Assembly (NCBI GenBank): GCA_964016885.1
Contig: OZ024745.1
Location: forward strand, 34,596,001 to 34,660,000
Length of the DNA stretch: 64,000 nt
Direction: 5' to 3'
Source of the DNA: Eledone cirrhosa
Lineage: Eukaryota
Made by a program: the position numbers and the translations under genes. Below are positions 27,291-39,439 of this stretch, one piece after another. Every line of letters starts with the position of its first letter. The first letter of the stretch is position 1. A model generated the notes under the pieces. It was not told the DNA's origin and searched no databases. It saw only the letters and a program-made list of their open reading frames with translations.

Positions 27291-27901
27291 TAGTTAATTG
27301 ATTGCCCGCTTCCCCTTTGCACCCGTGTGGCGAATTACTGATTTGGGGTTCATGGTCAGAGGCCATACACCAACAGCAAGAGAACTACTGACTAAGAAAG
27401 TGTTCTTTTAAGACTTATACGGAGCTAGACAACGACGACGACGAGTAAATATTAATAAGGATACAAAGAACTAGAATACGAAAAAAAAATAACGCTGATA
27501 CCTGCAAATGTGACAAAATAGGCGACAACTATTACAACAAAAACTGCAGCAATATACCGACATAAACGATTTTTCTAATGGTGAAGTGAAGATGAATAAG
27601 AAGATATGAATTCTATAGAATTGTTCCAATAGTTTCTTACTCCAGGGATTATCAAGCTATCACAAAGACATGCGATTATAGACTATTTCCTTCTTTATCT
27701 CTCAGCTAAATAAACTATACAGTGAATAACATCTCAATGAATATATAACTTTATACATAGAAATAACTATATCAATTATTAAATGTAGATATACATATAT
27801 GTGCGTGTGTGTTTGTGTGTGAGTATGCGCATGTATGTATACTCTCAAGCGTGAACCTAATACCAACAATCTTTGTACATGCCTATAGGAATATTCATTA
27901 T

Positions 27902-28110
27902 TTTTATATGGAAAAGACGCTTACAGGGCGAAAAGTATTTCATTCATATGAAATCATCAGGAATGTCCTAGAGCGTCCTGATGATTTCATACGAACGAAA
28001 CAGATTTAGTCCTGTAAAAGTATTTTCTATATAAAATATGCTTTCGTCTCAACTAACGTATTAAGTACATTATATAACTGGTTTCCTTTCGACCCCCTTT
28101 GGTAAACCAT
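27902..28110. mobile_element. Older imperfect twin-hammerhead palindrome (arms 27902-28036) with tail
   Basis: Plus strand CTGATGA-TTTCATACGAAC-GAAA-CAG-ATTTAGTC-CTG-TA (27978-28016), with a mirror core on the minus strand. Homologous to 29213-29344. Stem I is degraded. Confidence 0.8.
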
Positions 28111-28117
28111 CATTAAG

Positions 28118-28184
<67 letters not shown>

Positions 28185-28805
28185 ATGTGCATATGTTTCT
28201 ATGTGTGTATGTATGTGTGTGAAGAAAAGATTTGAAACTATTAGGGCTTGTAAGAAAGGATTAGTTAAGTAGGGTTTTTAAGTAATCGGCCCACTCAATC
28301 ACTGACAATGTTATTAATACACTTATAAACCTTAAAGATTTGTTGGAATTCGAAGAAATATTTATTGCATAAAAAAATGTTTCTTCAGATTTCAACAAAA
28401 TTTGCCAAGAGTTTCCAAGAACCCTGTTCATATTAAATTACTCCGTAGAATAATACTTGGAACCTATGTACTATACTGGGTTACACATCTCTTTAATTTT
28501 AACACAAAAGAGCTTAAAATAAATAAATATTAAAACCACTTCCGGCCAGCATGGTATAGCAAGCCACATCGGACACTTAAATAGTTCCTTTATTTTCCTT
28601 AGTCGAAGAGATACTAATCTTGAAATATCAGGTCATATGAATAAATTAAGGTGAAAAAGAACAAACCCTACTTTTTGTCCTTTTTGCGTTTGAATTTTTC
28701 TCTGACCAAAACCTGCAGTCGTGGCTTTCCAACTTCGAATTCTCTATATATAATATATATATATATAATATATAAGAACAAAAGATGGTTAAAAGAGTTC
28801 CATGT

Positions 28806-28874
28806 ATTTTATTATGCGCATTTCAAAAACAAATATCATCATGCAATAATATTTGTGTTTTCATCAGATAAAAC
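28806..28874 (-). ncRNA. Type I hammerhead ribozyme (mirror of 28995-29063)
   Basis: Reverse complement of the plus-strand HHR. The single difference lies in the stem II loop region. Confidence 0.82.
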
Positions 28875-28994
28875 AGGAAGACATGATATGAAGGTTAAAA
28901 AACACTTGTGGATAGTTCAGTTTTAAATCAACATATGTTGATTTAAAACTGAACTATCCACAAGTGTTTTTTAACCTTCATATCATGTCTTCCT

Positions 28995-29063
28995 GTTTTA
29001 TCTGATGAAAACACAAATATTATTGCATGATTATATTTGTTTTTGAAATGCGCATAATAAAAT
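28995..29063 (+). ncRNA. Type I hammerhead ribozyme with palindromic stem III
   Basis: Stem I GTTTTAT/ATAAAAT, CTGATGA (29002-29008), stem II AAACACAAATAT/ATATTTGTTTTT (11 of 12 pairs), GAAA (29045-29048), palindromic TGCGCA, predicted cleavage after AUA at 29056. Confidence 0.85.
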
Positions 29064-29225
29064 ACATGGAACTCTTTTAACCATCTTTTGTTCTTATATA
29101 TTATGTATACTCCAGTCCTACAAACTGTAGAGTGCTTCTTATCCGATATCTGCATTGCTTTATTGTACTACAATAAAACTCACCTCCTACATATATATAT
29201 ATATATATATAGTTTTAATATAGAA

Positions 29226-29278
29226 GAGATTCTACAGGACTAGAACTGTTTCATTCATTAGAAATCATCAGGAATCTC
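29226..29278 (-). ncRNA. Type I hammerhead ribozyme (mirror of 29279-29331)
   Basis: Exact reverse complement of the plus-strand HHR. Confidence 0.85.
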
Positions 29279-29331
29279 GAGATTCCTGATGATTTCTAAT
29301 GAATGAAACAGTTCTAGTCCTGTAGAATCTC
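29279..29331 (+). ncRNA. Type I hammerhead ribozyme
   Basis: Stem I GAGATTC/GAATCTC (7 bp), CTGATGA (29286-29292), stem II TTC/GAA with a U-U at the base and TAAT loop, GAAA (29305-29308), stem III CAG/CTG, predicted cleavage after GUA at 29324. Confidence 0.87.
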
Positions 29332-29412
29332 TTCTATATTAAAATTGTTATACTCTGCTATGTATTGAGTACCTTACTTACTGTGGTTACCTCCGATTCA
29401 ACCCGGAATAAC

Positions 29413-29440
<28 letters not shown>

Positions 29441-29444
<4 letters not shown>

Positions 29445-29552
29445 CAGATTAAAGTTTAAGCAAAGAAACAGGATCTTCTGAAACTCAGAAGTTTCAGAAG
29501 ATCCTGTTAAGAGTGAAAGCAGCGATTCTTTGCTTAAACTTTAATCTGTTAT
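29441..29552. repeat. Short asymmetric fold-back next to (TA)n
   Basis: Outer arms ATAACAGATTAAAGTTTAAGCAAAGAA/TTCTTTGCTTAAACTTTAATCTGTTAT. Inner hairpin ACAGGATCTTCTGAAACT/AGTTTCAGAAGATCCTGT. About 18 extra nt in the right arm. Confidence 0.88.
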
Positions 29553-29671
29553 TTTCATAAATATTTGCTCTAGGGTTCTTATATATTTGATATATATTTA
29601 TCCTTATCGAGCCCCCTTTGGATTTTTGTTTTCACATTTATTATTATTAATACATATATATATATATATAC

Positions 29672-29775
<104 letters not shown>

Positions 29776-30065
29776 TTATATACACATCTGTGTGAGTTTG
29801 TGTGTGAATAATACAAAACGCATCAGTGAACTTATACAACATAAATATATTATGAACGAATGAGATAAGATAAACACAAACAAAATGTATGTGTGTGTCT
29901 GTGTGTATGTTTCTGTGTGTGTGTTTCTGTGATAAATAAATGAATTACTGATCTGGTGAACAAATGCAATGCGAACGCCAGGCGGAAAAGAAACACTAAT
30001 TCAAGTAGTGTAAAGTGCTTAGAAACACACACATAAGTATACCTCTGTGTCTGTATATATGTATG

Positions 30066-30158
<93 letters not shown>

Positions 30159-30159
<1 letters not shown>

Positions 30160-30721
30160 TGGTGGCTGCCAACTCGTTTTCGAGTACGGCCACTACTTTA
30201 TATCCATGTAGGAAAACCCCTACCGATGCGCTGAACGAGTGTGACTTTTTAGTCCAGCCAGCGACTTGAAAACTCTGGTACACACACTACACTTGTGACA
30301 ATTATTGACACATAGAGCTGGGCCCATGGTACCATGTGACGACAAGTGCAGAGAGATCTCCAGATATAAAGCAATGCCTGTGCCGTGAAGATTTTATAGT
30401 GAGCAAAGGCACTGCACAAAGCCAGTCCCACTCTCTTAACCAAGATTATATTTACCAAAAAAAAGAACAAGTCAACATCATTGGATACCAACAGGGTTGC
30501 AGGTGTTATATCAGAGTTTTCCTTGTCCTAGAATTCTGCCTTGACAAAGGCTAAGGGGTCAGCTCTCCCGGTGATTTTGGATGGCCATTGACTCTTAAGA
30601 GCTCCTTTGCCCTTTGATAGGTTTTGTTTTTAGTCCTGCAGGATGTCCAAAGTCACCCTCCTCACCAAGAAACCTTCGTGGCGTTGCCAGTTTAGTCGCC
30701 AACGACCCGACCATGAGACAG
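30159..30721 (-). mobile_element. ~570-bp non-autonomous retroelement, copy 1
   Basis: Highly similar to 41783-42352 and 42385-42994. Shared left end, variable right end. Sits in (TA)n. Confidence 0.88.
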
Positions 30722-30799
30722 ATATATATATACAGACACATGTTTACAGACACACATATGTGTTAATGTATGTGTATAAATATATATATATATATATAT

Positions 30800-30995
30800 A
30801 ACGAAGGAGGTATGGTAAGGAACCAGATGGACCATAACGCACCAGAGTACTCAATACTTAGGGTAGTAGAGTGGGTAATAGGAAATAGTTTAACCCCTAC
30901 GGCAGAGCTCAAGCCGTTTCGACAGCTATTTCTGAATCCAGAAATAGCCGTCGAAACGGCTTGAGCTCTGCCGTCGGGGTTAAACATTTTCCTAT
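30800..30995. mobile_element. Half-hammerhead palindrome folded at stem II (arms ~30878-30995) with tail
   Basis: Central hairpin GAC(A/G)GCTATTTCTG-AATC-CAGAAATAGCCGTC, then GAAA-CGGC-TTGAGCTCT-GCCG-TC-GGGG. No CTGANGA at the expected position. Confidence 0.85.
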
Positions 30996-31011
30996 ATATA
31001 TATATTTATAT

Positions 31012-31196
31012 ATAACGAAGGAAATGTGGTAAAGAACCAAATGGACCATAACGCACCAAAGTACTCAATACTTAGGGTAGTAGAGTGGGTAATAGGAACA
31101 AGTAGGACCCCGACGGCTGAGCTCAAGCCGTTTCGACGGCTATTCAGAATTAGCCGTGGAAACGGCTTGAGCTCAGCCGTCGGGGTCCTACTTGTT

Positions 31197-31201
<5 letters not shown>
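31012..31201. mobile_element. Second half-hammerhead palindrome folded at stem II (arms 31092-31201) with tail
   Basis: ACGGCTA-TTCAGAAT-TAGCCGT, then GAAA-CGGCT-TGAGCTC-AGCCG-TC-GGGG. Same tail as 30800 but a different loop and flank. Confidence 0.85.
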
Positions 31202-31238
<37 letters not shown>

Positions 31239-31239
31239 T

Positions 31240-31590
31240 AAGTTTGATGAACAGGCAGACACAATTCATCTAATTTTTCTTCTTAGTCCGGAGAAATTAA
31301 CTAAACAAATAATCAATTAAACGGAGCTAAGTTTAAAATGTAAGTTTGAATAAATAGAGGAATGTTGGTAAATATTGGTAAACATATATCTATTATTTCT
31401 TCAAACTTACATTTTAAACTTAGCTCCGTTTAATTGATTATTTATTTAGTTAATTTCTCCGGCCTAAGAAGAACAATTGGGTAAATTTGATGTGCCTGCT
31501 CTTCAAACATATACTTTTATATTGGTCTGATTAATGATTATTTATTTAATTCATTTATTGAGCCACATCGTTGAAGGTGGGCTACACTCC
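31240..31590. repeat. Imperfect fold-back with ~115-bp arms (31240-31510) between TA tracts
   Basis: CCGGAGAAATTAACTAAA...ACGGAGCTAAGTTTAAAATGTAAGTTTGAA versus TTCAAACTTACATTTTAAACTTAGCTCCGT...TTAATTTCTCCGG. Confidence 0.85.
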
Positions 31591-32079
31591 TATATGTATC
31601 TATGCTTATGTTTAAATATATATATGTTCTTTCTGACTATATATATATATATATAATATACAAATGGAAGTACAGCATATACGAAGCTCGAGCCGCATCT
31701 AAGCCAACGAATGCATTCAGTAGTGCAGCCAAGCACTCGACAAGGTATAAAACCTCAGAGTAATAACATACAGTTTAAAGGGCCTTGCAAATTGAAGATA
31801 GCGACCGGTAATTCAGCCACGGGGTCCGTAGCAACGAAAGAACTGACTCACGAGAAAAAATACATATTTATATATATATATATATATTCATTAAATTTAG
31901 TCTTCAAATTTATTATTATTACTATTATTATTACTATATATATATATATATATGGGATTCATTGGGATTTGTCTAATCGTTTTAACACCAGGAGGGGGGA
32001 CTGGAGAAAAAACTATTTTTCACTTCGTTGTTTTATAATCTAACTATTAACAGAAACTTTAACTGTAGAATTGTATTTG

Positions 32080-33385
32080 TACAATTTTGTATATTTTTTG
32101 CAATGAAGATGATAAAAATCGTAGGATTTCTATCACATATACGTATGTCTATCTATAGTGGATCTTCACTTTATGATGATAAATGTTAAACTATATATGA
32201 AACTAAAGAAAGAGGGGGAGAGGAGAGAGAGAAATAGGGGTCTACTTACAGATATTTTGTTTGTTTGTTGTTGTTTTTAAAATCAAAATGAGAGAGGGTT
32301 AAAAATAAATGTATTTACTATAAAATCTGTTTTATTCTGATTGGTCCATTCGTTTTATCTTTGTCAGAGAAAGCATTAACAGTAAAATTCAATACTGTGT
32401 GTGAGAAAGATAGTGTGAGAGTGTGTGTGAGGGAGATAGTGAGAGAGGGAGAGTGTGAGGGAGATAGTGAGAGAGTGTGTGTGAGAGAGATAGCGAAAGA
32501 GTGTGTGAGAGAGATAGTGAGAGAGTGTGTGTGAGGGTGATAGTGAGAGAGGGAGAGTGTGTGTGAGAGAGATAGTGAGGGAGTGTGTGTGTGAGAGAGA
32601 TAGAGAGAGAGTGTGTGTGAGAGAGAATGTGTGTGAGAGAGATAGAGAGAGAGAGTGTGTGTGAGAGAGATTGTGTGAGAGAGATAGTGAGAGAGTGTGA
32701 GAGAGTGTGTGTGAGAGAGTGTAAACATATGTGTTTGAGAGAACGGTAGAATGTTAGGGTTAAAGGGTTATTTGTTTTCACACATTAGTTACTAATGGCA
32801 TTTCAAGTTCAAATTTAAGAATTTAAATTTTAACCGAAAATTCTTCTCCGTTCAAGTCGTTTCCTCTTTGTAGTAGCCATATTCCTGTGTGTGTACGTAT
32901 ATCTAAAGATGAGTGTGTCATACAGTAGGTTCCTTTGCATTCTTTATCTGCCTAACTTTTTAACCAACCTCATCAACTAAAGTAGGAAACACTTTATGAT
33001 CTGTATCAGATAGTTAGGAATATTCAAGTTTCATTCAGCCTTAGAATTCTATTTGTTTCATTTCAAATTTATTTTGTAGTTGTGAAGATAATAAAAACTC
33101 TATAATTTCAATCAGAAAAACGTATTCAACAGTGTAACGCCAAACTCTAGATCATTTATGATAATAAAGACAGTTTTTTCATTCAGTGATCCGGAGAGCG
33201 AGTGTAGGAAAGACAAAGAGCGACAGAGAGACTAACAGGATGAGAGAGAAATTATTAAACGTATCTACTATAAAATCTGTATATAATAGCTTGAAATCTT
33301 ATTTCCACAAGTTTAAATCTGACTTGTCCGTTCGTTTTATTTTTGTCGGGGAAGGCATTAACAGTAACATTCAACTGTACAGTTG
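32080..33385. repeat. Diverged direct duplication around a GAGT/GTGT microsatellite
   Basis: TACTATAAAATCTGT...TCGTTTTAT.TTTGTC...GCATTAACAGTAA at 32317-32395 and 33267-33378. TGAAGAT.ATAAAAA...TTTATGAT.ATAAA at ~32104 and ~33083. Confidence 0.65.
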
Positions 33386-34389
33386 TATATATTTTCCTTT
33401 CGTATTTATTGTTTAATAATGAATTTAATAAGTCATGGAATTTCAATCACAAATACATATTTCTATCTAAACTGGATCTCATCAATATAATACCAAACTC
33501 TAAGTTATTTATGAACTATAAGAGCATCTTTATTCTCCGCAGAGAATTGGCAATTGTTGGAAAGGCCAATAGAAATGTGGTTTTCTTCGTCCGATCTGAT
33601 GATCAGCTTGTTTCCTTTTATATTTTCAGCACACTGACACTGATTGTATTATCCCATGTATAAGTTCAGAACAGCACACTTAACAAGCTAATACATTCCC
33701 ATACAATCCATGCTAATCTTAAACGCAAAATAGGGGAACACCAAAATAGAAACATAAGAGTCAATTTTTATCGAATATAATTTGTGAATAAAAAGACAAT
33801 TTCGAATAAGGAAGAAACTTCAAAAAAATTTACACATACAGTTAATTTAATTTAATTGCATATCGAATAAGTGTATAACGTCTGAAAGAAATCATGCCAG
33901 AGAATTACAAGTTAAGCCTAATATTTCAAAATTTGTATAGAAGATACTCGAAGGTATAAAACTTGTAACAAACATCATTAAAATCACGTCTATATGACGT
34001 CTAAATAATTCGTTATCAACAGGTTTCTATTTGGTATATATTCGTGGAATATTAACGGATGTAACAAAGAGGATTCAATATCGAAATAGAGTTAAATAGT
34101 CTTGTCTGATGATCCTGTAAGTGCATAGGAAAAATTGCAGAATAATAAGACTCACCACTTAGCTGTAATAAAGTATACATATATATATGTGTGTGTGTGT
34201 GTGAGAGAGAGGGGGAGAGAGGGAGAGGGAGGGGGAGAGAGAGAGAGAGGATATCATTTTTCAAATTCTCATTGAAAATACAACTGTGTTTGAGTTACAT
34301 CTTTTATATTTGTTGTTTCTTTCTTTGAAACAATACTGTTCCTAAATCCAATATATGTATATATGAATGAATATATGTATGTATATATG

Positions 34390-34429
<40 letters not shown>

Positions 34430-34466
34430 TTGTGTGTATGTATGGATGTACGTATGTATGTATGTA

Positions 34467-34538
<72 letters not shown>

Positions 34539-34605
34539 TGTATGAGTGCGTGAGAGTGTATGTATATGTGTGTGTCTGTGTTTATATATATATATATATA
34601 TATAT

Positions 34606-34654
<49 letters not shown>

Positions 34655-34657
<3 letters not shown>

Positions 34658-34760
34658 AAGTTGAAAATGCAATTGGTGTCTTTAGGAACATTTATTTACA
34701 ATAACTTATAACTTTACCGGTTTCACAGGTCATGATTTTCAAAGGTTTGGAGAGATGTGT
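34655..34760 (-). mobile_element. PLE-like end with decayed hammerhead
   Basis: Minus strand ...TGTGAAACCGGTAAAGT (GAAA, palindromic CCGG, UA). Homologous to 58297-58380. Core mutated. Confidence 0.5.
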
Positions 34761-34920
34761 GGCTATGCAGACTGGGCATATTTCTTGTTATTTTTAACCC
34801 ATGTGAGATATATTAAAAATATGTGTGAGTACCTGTGTATGTAGATTCAAACAGATAACAAATTTGATTATCGGAAGGATTAATACAAGTATATATACAT
34901 ATATATATATAAATATACAA

Positions 34921-34993
<73 letters not shown>

Positions 34994-34998
34994 AATAC

Positions 34999-35037
<39 letters not shown>

Positions 35038-35708
35038 AATACATATATATATATATACATACAAATACATGTATATATCGGTGTGTGAGTGTGCATGTGT
35101 GTATTCACACACACACTATTGTTTACACACATGAATATACATATGTGCATACATGTGTGTGTACCTGTGTAAAATAAAGCAAAAAAAAAATAAAGGCAGA
35201 ACAAAAAGGATGTTAATGAAAACTATACAAATTTATAAATAAATACATGAACGAAGTAAAGCTGAAATCAAAGAACTGAGAAATAGTTTCAAAGCAGAAA
35301 ATACATTAGCATCTCATAAATCAATTAGATAGAACATCGTTTACTAAACTAATCAATTCCCTGTATGAATACTAGTCTTCTCGTAAAGCTCTTATGAAGC
35401 CGTCGAATGGGATGAAACTCCGTCGGTTACGATAACGAATGCCTCAGTTGTTCGAACAACGGAACAGACTGCTCAGGAAAATATCGTGAATGTGGCTTTT
35501 ATGTCATTTCACAGACAAGGTTCTCGGGGAGATTCAACATGATACATTGAATGTGACAAAACTGTTCCTTTCAATTACAAGTATATCTCATTATGCTAAC
35601 TCTGTGGACTATAGTAGCAACATGAAATACATTGTCTTGCCCAAGGACAGAACGCGCCACCGAGAAATGATCTCACAACTTTACTATCATCAACTGAATA
35701 CTCTAAAC

Positions 35709-35993
35709 CAGCATTTCTCAACCGTTGTTCCCCTAGGGTTCCACAAGAGGTCGCAGGGGGTACAGCGAGAAAGAATGGTAAATAAACTAATGCATTTTTG
35801 AATTTTATTGTTTATTTTATATTTGTAATTTTACTATACACGTACGGAATATTGTTGGAAAACCTTGGTTATCAACTGCTTATATTAAGAAATAGATATT
35901 AATAACGGTATATAATAATTTTTATGTAGGGATTCCCTGAGACATGAAAATTATTTCAAAAGTTCCTCACGGTAAAAATGTACAGAAACATTA
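35709..35993. mobile_element. hAT (Charlie-like) MITE
   Basis: Left end CAGCATTTCTCAACC, degenerate right end AGAAACATTA. Imperfect 8-bp flanks CTCTAAAC/CTTTAACC. Interrupts another repeat. Confidence 0.55.
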
Positions 35994-36179
35994 CTTTAAC
36001 CACTAAACGACATAACTTCACACATCGTTTACTAAACTAATCACTTCTCACTATGACAACTGATGATCTCACAAAACTATTATGAAACCGAGAAATATAA
36101 CATTACATATAGCTAATCAGTTAGTGGCATGACAATTACACCCCTCACTTTCACTGTCAAGACTAATAGTTTTACAAAT

Positions 36180-36299
36180 ACTACTACCAGCCGCGGCCAC
36201 TACCACTACAACTACTACCACTAACACTAACATTACTACTACTAATACTACTACTACTACGACAACGAAGACTATTATTGTTGCTGCTGTTCCTGCTAA

Positions 36300-36352
<53 letters not shown>

Positions 36353-36530
36353 GTACAACTACAACTACTACTACCACCACCATTTTCGAGCCTTTTCTTC
36401 TTCATCATCATCACCGCTGTCATGAACATACTATCAACAGCATACGACACAAACAGCCTACAAACCTTCAGCACTGCCTTCACCGACACAACCTTTCACC
36501 ACGAACACCACCACCACCACCTTACTACCT
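36180..36530. repeat. (CTA)n/(CAC)n trinucleotide low-complexity tract
   Basis: Direct observation. Confidence 0.9.
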
Positions 36531-37920
36531 CCTTAGTAAGTACGGAATGTTTGACTATTTTTTTAATCTAAAAGCAAAATCAAACATAATAAATCTTATG
36601 TTTCATCCAATGCATTTCCTATCTCAGTCACGTGGCTACGACATACAATTCGCCTTCCAAGATCCTTGGTTCTAGCCCTACATTTATCTGTAAATAGTTG
36701 ATTTTCTACATGTATGCTGAACATTTATATAACTATATCCTAGGAATACTTATCAAAATATTATTCTTTATCTTTAATCACTTCCACCTATGAGTGATCA
36801 AAATATTATAGAGTTTCTCTTATGCAAACCATCGATTTATCAATTCGCATTTTTCTAAATTCATAAGTTTCATATATTCTAATTTCTAAGTTTCATATAT
36901 TCGCTAATTCTGGTATATATGGCCGATCACTTCGTGACTTCAAAAATATATCTAACGCTATTGCTATCGTTATTGGCGGTCCACTAGTTCGATAATATTG
37001 AGCACATTGGTGATTACGTAAAAAACAACTGACTAATTTAGGAAACAGGTATTAAAGATAGGTACAATAATTACTATAGCCGTCACTCGTAATTGATTAC
37101 GACATGGTAGCATGTACCTAGCTTTCTCTGGGAGTTTTAGATGTTCATGATGTCCTCTTGACCTTTCTCCTTTGATCCAGTGGAAAATCCAGAATGTGAC
37201 AACTGGAAGGAAAGAGAGAATCACCAACACTGAACTAGCACTTCCTTTATTCACATCGAAAGAAGGAAAAGCAAAGTGATATTCGGCAGTATTTGAGCTC
37301 AGAACTCAGAGATGCGGAACAGATATTCAACGCTCTAATTATTCAGCTAAGCCGAACGACTGCTGTCTAAGAAATAACTACTTTGGCCGCCGACAACAAG
37401 GTTACTTCCACAACCGGTGTCCAAAACTATGTAAAAAATAGACGTATCTGTGGGGAAATAATTAACCACATGCACATTAATTTCACCAGCTGGCATTTCC
37501 GTTGACCTTATCAACTGGAACAGTTGTTGTCGCCTAACTGACGGAGCTCCAACAACAACAATTCCTTCATTAGATTAATTCCTTTTATAGAGTTTTTCAA
37601 TAAATACTATTGTCACGCGCTGTCACATTCATGTCACATTTCAACCATTTAATTTTTTATTTGAGTTTACATTTCTTTGCTATAGATTTCCAATAGTTGT
37701 CATCTCAAATATTCTCAACCAAAACGTCAGAGGTGGTCGTCATGATAGGAGGATTGAGGAGAAAGATAACGAGGTTGAGGAAGGGTGGAAGAGACATGAT
37801 GGAGGATGAAACGAGATGTAGAAGGAAAGGGTAGCGGATTATATTTACGATTATTTCTATCTTTTTTTTAAGGTGTTTTAAGACGATGCTTATGTTCCAT
37901 TTCACATGCACACACATGCT

Positions 37921-37963
<43 letters not shown>

Positions 37964-37973
37964 ATGTGTGTGT

Positions 37974-38022
<49 letters not shown>

Positions 38023-38151
38023 TGTGAGTGTGTGTGTGTGTGAGGATTGAGAGGGACGAGGCAGTATGGTTACTGATATATATATAATTTATAATTTTTA
38101 ATTTATAATAAATTGGAGTGAAAACACTGCTGCGTGTGTATCTACACATAT

Positions 38152-38185
<34 letters not shown>

Positions 38186-38241
38186 ATTTATATATATATA
38201 TACTCATATATATATATATTCTCATATATATATATAATGTA

Positions 38242-38357
<116 letters not shown>

Positions 38358-38487
38358 TATATATGTCTATATTTATTAATATTTTGAATTAATATTAATA
38401 ATTCCACAAGACGGGTTTGTTGAGTGCTTCTAATCTATTGTAAAACTATATTCATTGATTAATCAATAAACCTTGTTTAACTTTTGG

Positions 38488-38548
<61 letters not shown>

Positions 38549-38601
38549 CATATATACATATATATATATATATACATATGTACATATATATATATACATA
38601 T

Positions 38602-38692
<91 letters not shown>

Positions 38693-38695
<3 letters not shown>

Positions 38696-39439
38696 TAGCG
38701 AAACTACCCGTCCTTTGGACCGTTCAAGTTGCTTTCGATGTAGCTCATTAAACTAAACAAAGTAAATTTGAATACATAGAAGAAAAACGTACTTTATGTA
38801 AACATGAAAACCTTAGGCACTATTCCAGCGAAATAATTAATATGTGAGCTCGGTGTCATCCGTTATACCATGTAACAACAGAAATCCAGTCTAGGTATAA
38901 ATATTTCTGACAACAGTAAAAGCGCATCATGAAATAGAGAAGTGAAGTGAATAATAGACACTATTATGTACAAAGCATAATATTGTAAAAGTTATGACAT
39001 CACTTAATGTATGAACATCAAGCTTGAAACGATAAATTATACAATGTCAAATCTATAACTTAACTTAGCTTAGTAATCTGTTAGAAATTGCTGGTTGTGA
39101 AATATACAAAATGATATTGTTAGTCTCAAGGAAGCGTACCTTTTGTTTCAAGTGCAAAGAGTAAATTAAAATCGGAATTACGAAAGATAACTCTTGTTTT
39201 ACTTAAAGATAACTCTTGTGTTACTTAATCACGAAAATTGACACAAATAACCGAAATGTTTTAATGTCTCCAAAGGCTCCAATGTCGATTTTTGAAGGCC
39301 TTTGTAGATCATGTACAGGTTTTGTGCAAGGAGAAGCTCTGTAAAAAGTTTCAAAGAAATCGCATGAATGGTTTAGAATATATGAGCGCTATTTAAAAAT
39401 TGTCCACACACACATACACACACATACAGAAAACTTCGT

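Larger units (their letters stand above)
28765..29190. mobile_element. 340-bp near-perfect palindrome (28765-29104) with twin hammerheads plus unique tail
   Basis: Centre ACAT|ATGT at 28934/28935, one arm mismatch seen. Flanked by (TA)n. Confidence 0.92.
29213..29413. mobile_element. 132-bp perfect palindrome (29213-29344) with twin hammerheads plus tail, in (TA)n
   Basis: Centre GAATCTC|GAGATTC at 29278/29279. Tail contains GTATTGAGTAC. Confidence 0.93.

Noticed and set aside
28320-28400. Minus-strand CTGAAGA with adjacent hairpin as a hammerhead
   Set aside because: GAAT instead of GAAA and no valid stem III/UH arrangement.
28651-29155. Two nearly identical convergent ORFs
   Set aside because: A consequence of the DNA palindrome. 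No recognisable protein motif.
30249-30554. 72-81 aa ORFs conserved across the three ~570-bp repeats
   Set aside because: Conservation reflects recent copying. ORFs are open on both strands with no recognisable domain.
37120-37205. Short minus-strand coding exon
   Set aside because: Splice-like ends are present, but it lies just downstream of a SINE where tail modules occur and the peptide is unrecognisable.
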